Source: an uncultured archaeon
GTDB taxonomy: Archaea > Iainarchaeota > Iainarchaeia > Iainarchaeales > JAAZKV01
Assembly (NCBI GenBank): GCA_964551375.1
Contig: CAZKBG010000001.1
Span: 360,001 to 392,000, forward strand
Length of the DNA: 32,000 bases
Direction of reading: 5' to 3'
In this document: positions 26,711 through 32,000 of the stretch, piece after piece
Layout: each line of letters starts with the position of its first letter
Position numbering within the stretch: the stretch's first letter is position 1
Notes under the pieces: model-generated
What the model was told of the DNA's origin: nothing
The model's database searches: none
Seen by the model: only the letters and a program-made list of their open reading frames with translations
Made by a program: the position numbers and the translations under genes

Positions 26711-29359
26711 TTACTTATTGAACTTAGCATCGCTCTTTGTTCCTTTTTCTTTTAGGCTAGCGTGAGCGGCTGCAAGTCTTGCTATTGGAACTCTGTAAGG
26801 ACTGCATGAAACATTGCTCATGCCGATTCTATGGCAGAACTCAACTGTTGCAGGGTCACCGCCGTGCTCACCGCAGATCCCGATATCAATTGAGGGCTTT
26901 ACTCCGCGAGCAAGCTTAATTGCATGCTGCATTAAGAGTCCAACTCCGGACTGGTCAATTGTCTGGAACGGGTCCTGAGCATAAATTCCCTTCTCCACGT
27001 ATGGAATCAAGAACTTTCCCGCATCGTCTCTTGAGAAACCGCAAGTCATTTGAGTCAAATCATTTGTTCCAAATGACATGAACTCAGCTTCTTTTGCTAA
27101 TAAATCAGCAGTTAATGCGGCTCTTGGAACTTCAATCATTGTTCCAATAGTGTAATGCACTTTTCCTTCCGCTCCTGTTTCTTTAGCAACTTTTCTAGTT
27201 AATTCAGCAAGAGGAGAATACTCCTTTACATTCCCAACAAGAGGAATTTCTATTTCAGGAATTGCCTTAACTCCCTTCTTTCCAACAGCGATTGCCGCGT
27301 TAAATATTGCCCTAACCTGCATTTCCATTATTTCAGGATATACTACGGCAAGTCTGCATCCTCTGAATCCAAGCATTGGGTTGAATTCGTGAAGAGAAGC
27401 TATTGTATTTACAATATCCTTTGGAGTTACATTAAGTTCCTTTGCAATATCTTCAATTTCTTTTGTTTGATCTTCTTTTGGCAAGAACTCATGCAGAGGA
27501 GGGTCAAGCATTCTAATAATAACCGGCAAGCCGTTCATTGCATTGAAAATTCCTTCAAAGTCTTCCTGCTGGTAAGGCTCAATTTTTGCCAATGCTCTTC
27601 TTCTTCCTTTCTCGTCTTTTGCAAGAATCATTTCTCTAACCGCTTTGATTCTTGTAGCTTCAAAGAACATGTGCTCTGTTCTGATTAATCCTATTCCTTC
27701 AGCGCCGAACTTTCTTGCAAGCTCTGCGTCCTTTGGAGTGTCAGCATTTGTTCTAACTTTTAGAGTTCTAAAAGAATCAGCCCACTTCATTAAAGTTGAG
27801 AAGTCTCCTGAAAGAGTTGGTTCAACCACTGGAACTGCGCCAACAATTACGTGACCAGTTGAGCCGTTTAGAGAAATTATATCCCCTTCCTTCACAACTG
27901 TTCCGTTGCAAGTGAACATTTTCTTCTTTTCTTCCATTACTATTTCGTCGCAACCTGAAACGCAGCACTTGCCCATTCCTCTCGCAACAACAGCAGCGTG
28001 AGAAGTCATTCCCCCTCTTGCTGTTAAAATTCCAACAGCCGAGTGCATTCCTTCAATATCTTCTGGAGAAGTTTCTAGTCTTGCTAAAATTACTTTCTCC
28101 CCTCTTTCAGTCCATGACTTAGCATCCTCTGCGTTAAATACAACTTTACCAACCGCAGCTCCTGGAGATGCTGGAAGTCCTTCAGTTAAAGGAGTGTATT
28201 TAGCTTTTGGGTCAAACTGCTTGTGAAGCAACTGATCCAAGGAAGCTGGGTCAACTCTTAAAACCGCGTCTTCTTTTGAAATTACTCCCTCATTAACCAT
28301 GTCAACTGCAATTTTTACCGCAGCGTGAGCAGTTCTTTTACCGTTTCTTGTCTGAAGCATATATAATTTTTCGTGCTCGATTGTGAATTCAAAATCCTGC
28401 ATATCTTTGTAAGATTTTTCAAGCTTTGCCCTAATATCAACTAATTCCTGATGAACTTTTGGAAGAATTGATTTTAACTCATCAATTTTCTTTGGAGTCC
28501 TAATACCAGCAACAACATCTTCACCCTGAGCGTTCATTAAGAACTCGCCGTAGAACATGTTCTTTCCAGTTGAAGGGTCTCTTGTGAATGCAACTCCAGT
28601 TCCTGAGTCGTCACCCATGTTACCAAAAACCATTTCCTGAACATTAACCGCTGTGCCCCAATCGTTTGGAACATTATTTAATCTTCTGTAAATAATTGCT
28701 CTATCATTATTCCATGACCTGAATACCGCATCTCTTGAGCGCTTTAACTGCTCAATTGGGTCCTGAGGGAAATCTTCCTTTGTTTCCTTCTTATAAAGTT
28801 CCTTAAATTTCACTACTAATTCTTTTAGCATTGCAGTTGTCATTTCAGTGTCCTGCTTGATTTTATTTGCGTGCTTTATTTCATCCATTATGTGCTCGAA
28901 TTTTAATCTATCAACTTCCATTACAACATCAGCAAACATTGTGATGAATCTTCTGTATGAATCATAAGCAAATCTTTCATTTTTCGTTGCTTTTGCAATT
29001 CCTTCAACAACGCTGTCATTCATTCCAAGATTTAGAATAGTATCCATCATTCCAGGCATTGAGGCAGGAGCTCCGCTTCTAACAGAAACCAAAAGAGCGT
29101 TCTTTGGATCGCCGAATTTCTTTTTAGTCTTAGTTTCAACTTTTTTAACCGCTTCAACCATCTGAGAATCAAGTTCAGTCGGGTGTTTTCTTCCATGAGC
29201 GTAGTAATATTTACAAACATCAGTTGTAATTGTGAATCCATAAGGAACTGGCAAACCAATTTTAGTCATATCCGCTAAATTTGCACCTTTTCCTCCAAGC
29301 AGCATCTTCATGCTCTTGTCTCCTTCCTCAAACATGTATACGTACTTATCATTAGCCAT
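26711..29359 (-). CDS. ppdK: Pyruvate, phosphate dikinase
   Basis: YVYMFEEGDKSMKMLLGGKGANLADM, SVRSGAPASMPGMMDTILN, LTARGGMTSHAAVVARGMGKCCVSG, GTNDLTQMTCGFSRDDAG. ATG at 29359 with GGGGAGAAA upstream is preferred over 29398. Confidence 0.97.
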   Translation of the reverse strand: MANDKYVYMFEEGDKSMKMLLGGKGANLADMTKIGLPVPYGFTITTDVCKYYYAHGRKHPTELDSQMVEAVKKVETKTKKKFGDPKNALLVSVRSGAPASMPGMMDTILNLGMNDSVVEGIAKATKNERFAYDSYRRFITMFADVVMEVDRLKFEHIMDEIKHANKIKQDTEMTTAMLKELVVKFKELYKKETKEDFPQDPIEQLKRSRDAVFRSWNNDRAIIYRRLNNVPNDWGTAVNVQEMVFGNMGDDSGTGVAFTRDPSTGKNMFYGEFLMNAQGEDVVAGIRTPKKIDELKSILPKVHQELVDIRAKLEKSYKDMQDFEFTIEHEKLYMLQTRNGKRTAHAAVKIAVDMVNEGVISKEDAVLRVDPASLDQLLHKQFDPKAKYTPLTEGLPASPGAAVGKVVFNAEDAKSWTERGEKVILARLETSPEDIEGMHSAVGILTARGGMTSHAAVVARGMGKCCVSGCDEIVMEEKKKMFTCNGTVVKEGDIISLNGSTGHVIVGAVPVVEPTLSGDFSTLMKWADSFRTLKVRTNADTPKDAELARKFGAEGIGLIRTEHMFFEATRIKAVREMILAKDEKGRRRALAKIEPYQQEDFEGIFNAMNGLPVIIRMLDPPLHEFLPKEDQTKEIEDIAKELNVTPKDIVNTIASLHEFNPMLGFRGCRLAVVYPEIMEMQVRAIFNAAIAVGKKGVKAIPEIEIPLVGNVKEYSPLAELTRKVAKETGAEGKVHYTIGTMIEVPRAALTADLLAKEAEFMSFGTNDLTQMTCGFSRDDAGKFLIPYVEKGIYAQDPFQTIDQSGVGLLMQHAIKLARGVKPSIDIGICGEHGGDPATVEFCHRIGMSNVSCSPYRVPIARLAAAHASLKEKGTKSDAKFNK

Positions 29360-29450
29360 AATTTCTCCCCCAATTTTAGACAAGAAAAATCTTTTCACCA
29401 GACATTCTTTGATAGTAGGAAAGAAAAAAAGGTTAATAAAGCTAATTAGA

Positions 29451-29486
29451 GAGTGAGTAAAGCGAAAAAAGTTAATTTACTCACTC
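29451..29486 (-). terminator. Hairpin immediately downstream of the pilin-like gene
   Basis: GAGTGAGTAAA (29451-29461) and TTTACTCACTC (29476-29486), perfect 11-bp stem, 5 nt beyond the minus-strand stop at 29492-29494. Confidence 0.5.
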
Positions 29487-29491
29487 AAAAT

Positions 29492-30994
29492 TTATTTTAA
29501 AGTTGGGTAACTTGTGCCTTCACTAATTACCCAAATATTAGTAAAATCCCAGCCACTATAAGTTGCCTGCTGTTTCATTTCAGCAGTAGTTTTTCCTGTT
29601 CCTACCGCGCTAGTGCCCTTAGTTGAAGTAGTTACATCCCAATAAGTGCTTGAATTTACCCCGCCAGAGTTAAAACCAGCTAAGCCACCAATGCTATTAC
29701 AGGAACCGCCCGTGCAAGAAACAAGTCCAGTTGAATAAGAATTTGTTAAAGTTCCAGGAGTGTTAAAATTTCCAAGTAGTCCTCCAACACCAAAAGCATT
29801 TATTGAAGAAACTGGGCTCTGAGAATACGAGTCAGTTACTTCCCCAAAATTATTTCCAACTAATCCCCCAACAGCCATTGCACTATCAAGCCCATAAACA
29901 TTTCCAGTTGAATAAGTTCTTCTAACATGCCCTAAAATTGTTACTGGATCCTGTTTTGCATTATATCCAACAACTCCACCAGTAGAACTGCTTCCAGTAA
30001 CTTGTGCGCTTGAGTGCGAGTTAGTCAAGTATCCTGCGTTACTGCCTAAAATTCCGCCTGTGTATCTTTGGCTTGAAATTACTCCCATAGTTGAAACATT
30101 TGTTACTGTTCCATTATTTGAGCCAACAAGAATCCCTGAATAATCAGTAGCTGAAATGTTTGCATCAGTTAGAGAAACATTTGAAATTGATGCATTAGAT
30201 AGGGTTCTTCCAAAGAGCCCCACATAATTAGTTGCAGGAAGAATTATTTTAATTCCGGAAACAGAATATCCTTTTCCGTCAAAGCTTCCTGAAAATGAAT
30301 TGGCATAAGTTCCAATAGGAGTAAACCCAGCTCCGCCGTTCCAAGATGATGATTCATAACAATTAATATTTCCCCCAATAGCATAATTTCCGTCCAAATG
30401 CTCATTTACTTTCTGCAGCTCAAGACAGGAATTAATAATCCAAGGATTTGCTAAAGTGCCTGTTCCAAGCCCTACAACTCCATTTGGATTAGCAGGAGCG
30501 GTATCAGTCACGCAAGTAGCAGTAATCTGACCGCTAATTGTTTTTGACAACTCATCAGGAGTGGAATACTCCATTGAAACAGCGCAAACTTTTTTAGTCT
30601 CTCCCGGAGCACAAGGGCAAGATAAGTTCAAATCGCTTAAATAAAATAACTTCTTGTCAAGCGGAGCAACTATATTATTGAATACAGATTCCCTTCCCCC
30701 AACAGTTATTTTCTTCAATAGAAGAGAATCGTTTGAGTTGTTAGTCACATTAACAAGCCCATCCCCCTGAGGGTCCTGAACAAATTCATAAATTGAGACT
30801 CCTTCTGAAGAAAGCGACTGCTTGATTTGGTCAACACTTGGATTAATTACAGAAAAAGAATTTTGAAACATTCCAGTTAAAAGCCCAACAACAACAAGCG
30901 CTATTACTATTACAACAGCAATAATTACTAAGTATTCAATAGTGCCCTGCGCACTTGATTTTGTTCTCCGCTGTTTAAATGAAACCATTAACAT
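29492..30994 (-). CDS. Class III signal peptide (pilin-like) protein with GLUG-type adhesin repeats
   Basis: N-terminal RRTKSSAQGTIEYLVIIAVVIVIALVVVGLLTG; repeats such as GGILGSNAGYLTNSHSSAQVTGSSSTGGVVGYN, GGLVGNNFGEVTDSYS, GGLAGFNSGGVNSS. Confidence 0.85.
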   Translation of the reverse strand: MLMVSFKQRRTKSSAQGTIEYLVIIAVVIVIALVVVGLLTGMFQNSFSVINPSVDQIKQSLSSEGVSIYEFVQDPQGDGLVNVTNNSNDSLLLKKITVGGRESVFNNIVAPLDKKLFYLSDLNLSCPCAPGETKKVCAVSMEYSTPDELSKTISGQITATCVTDTAPANPNGVVGLGTGTLANPWIINSCLELQKVNEHLDGNYAIGGNINCYESSSWNGGAGFTPIGTYANSFSGSFDGKGYSVSGIKIILPATNYVGLFGRTLSNASISNVSLTDANISATDYSGILVGSNNGTVTNVSTMGVISSQRYTGGILGSNAGYLTNSHSSAQVTGSSSTGGVVGYNAKQDPVTILGHVRRTYSTGNVYGLDSAMAVGGLVGNNFGEVTDSYSQSPVSSINAFGVGGLLGNFNTPGTLTNSYSTGLVSCTGGSCNSIGGLAGFNSGGVNSSTYWDVTTSTKGTSAVGTGKTTAEMKQQATYSGWDFTNIWVISEGTSYPTLK

Positions 30995-31052
30995 AAGAGG
31001 AATTTGAAATTAAAAAGAGTTTCGGCAGGATAAAAAGCGCTGCAGGAAAAAT

Positions 31053-32000
31053 TTAACTTGCAGGCTGGCGCGAATCAAGCGAAATATTTTCTATTGAAGC
31101 GGCTTTATTGTTGCACCTGAATACATAATAAGCGCCTGTGTATGAAGGTGTTTTAGTGCAAGTATCCCCATTGCATGTTAATGCAGAGCAGTTATTGTCC
31201 AAATCAACAGTGCAGTTCACTCCGCCCGAGTAACTTGCGCAGCAGTTAGAGCCAGTGCAGCATTTCTTGGTAACAAAAGGAAAAACGGTTCTATTTGTGT
31301 CAGAACAATCAAGATACCCGCTCACAAGGTTTGTCAGAGTAAGCCCAGTGCGGGTCTTTCCGTGAATTGAACCAGCAATAGGGTCAACTATTATCTGTCC
31401 GTTTGTAGGAACAGCGCTTGAACTCCCAAGAGTCACATTATAATCATAAATTCCAATAGTCCAGTCCCTAAATTCTCTTCCATTATACCAGTATCCCGCG
31501 TTGTATATGCTTGTGCAAATGTCTCCAACCGAAGTTCCGTCTTTATTCTTCAGCCCTTCAAGGTCCAAAGCAACGTAAGAATAAGTGCTTCCATCTGTAG
31601 TCGACCTACAAGTCTTGCACATTATAATCTCGGACTGCGAGCAGCTCTTATCCCAGTCAAAATAAAAATTATGCGCGCATCTCCCAAGCTTGTATGTATT
31701 GATTTTGTAAGTGGAATTTAAAACTCCTGGGAAATTAGCCTCGTCTCCGTTAACTCCAGTAACTTTTGCAAATCTTCCTTCAAAAAGGGACTCCATTGCT
31801 TCTCCGAAGCCTCCAAAGAAATAATTTGTATCAGCAGCAAAAAATTCAAGCCCCTGAACGCTTGCAGAGTCAGCTCCCCTTGCAGAGTAATCCATAGTAG
31901 GATGAGTTCCGTTTGGATCAGCTAAATCTTTGTACGTATATCCAAGGCATCCAATTGCAATCTGCCTGTATAAAGGATTATTATATTGAGGAATTGAAGC
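31053..32000 (-). CDS. Cys-rich putative extracellular protein (5' end outside window)
   Basis: Open frame continues through the window edge (...PLYRQIAIGCLGYTYKDLADPNGTHPTMDYSARG...); many Cys (VTKKCCTGSNCCASYSGGVNCTVDLDNNCSALTCNGDTC). Confidence 0.7.
   Translation of the reverse strand, partial: ASIPQYNNPLYRQIAIGCLGYTYKDLADPNGTHPTMDYSARGADSASVQGLEFFAADTNYFFGGFGEAMESLFEGRFAKVTGVNGDEANFPGVLNSTYKINTYKLGRCAHNFYFDWDKSCSQSEIIMCKTCRSTTDGSTYSYVALDLEGLKNKDGTSVGDICTSIYNAGYWYNGREFRDWTIGIYDYNVTLGSSSAVPTNGQIIVDPIAGSIHGKTRTGLTLTNLVSGYLDCSDTNRTVFPFVTKKCCTGSNCCASYSGGVNCTVDLDNNCSALTCNGDTCTKTPSYTGAYYVFRCNNKAASIENISLDSRQPAS

Noticed and set aside
1-32000. CRISPR array, IS element or prophage
   Set aside because: No regularly spaced direct repeats, transposase, integrase or phage structural genes are visible in the sequence or ORF track.

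Overview
This window reads as an archaeal chromosome segment, plausibly from a DPANN-type or other small-genome archaeon. The lineage is my inference from AT-rich TATA-like promoters, a class-III-signal pilin-like protein, a DRG/TGS GTPase, an archaeal-type DHH phosphoesterase and short intergenic gaps. Recognisable genes are a DRG-type GTPase, a HemK-like methyltransferase, a membrane-anchored PLD-family nuclease, TatD, a CYTH-domain protein, a protein with a PEP-utilizing 'mobile' His domain but no ATP-grasp, two tandem paralogous membrane proteins, a radical SAM protein with a C-terminal HhH, a DHH/RecJ-like phosphoesterase, all three uvrA/uvrB/uvrC genes, a winged-helix regulator with a coupled membrane protein, ArsM, a RelE-type toxin-antitoxin pair plus a short antitoxin-like ORF, pyruvate phosphate dikinase (PPDK), and a pilin-like GLUG-repeat adhesin followed by a Cys-rich extracellular protein. 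I see no CRISPR array, IS element, rRNA or convincing tRNA, and I cannot demonstrate a completely new multigene system. The best candidates for undescribed biology are: (1) two ORF-poor gaps that look like structured non-coding RNA loci (12943-13200 and 19040-19200); (2) a 25-aa Cys-rich microprotein directly downstream of ArsM that shares its CGCSC motif; (3) a secreted/membrane/PEP-mobile-domain three-gene cluster; (4) a UvrC that stops just before the usual C-terminal HhH region; (5) a perfect 12-bp-arm dyad just upstream of the toxin-antitoxin start codon.
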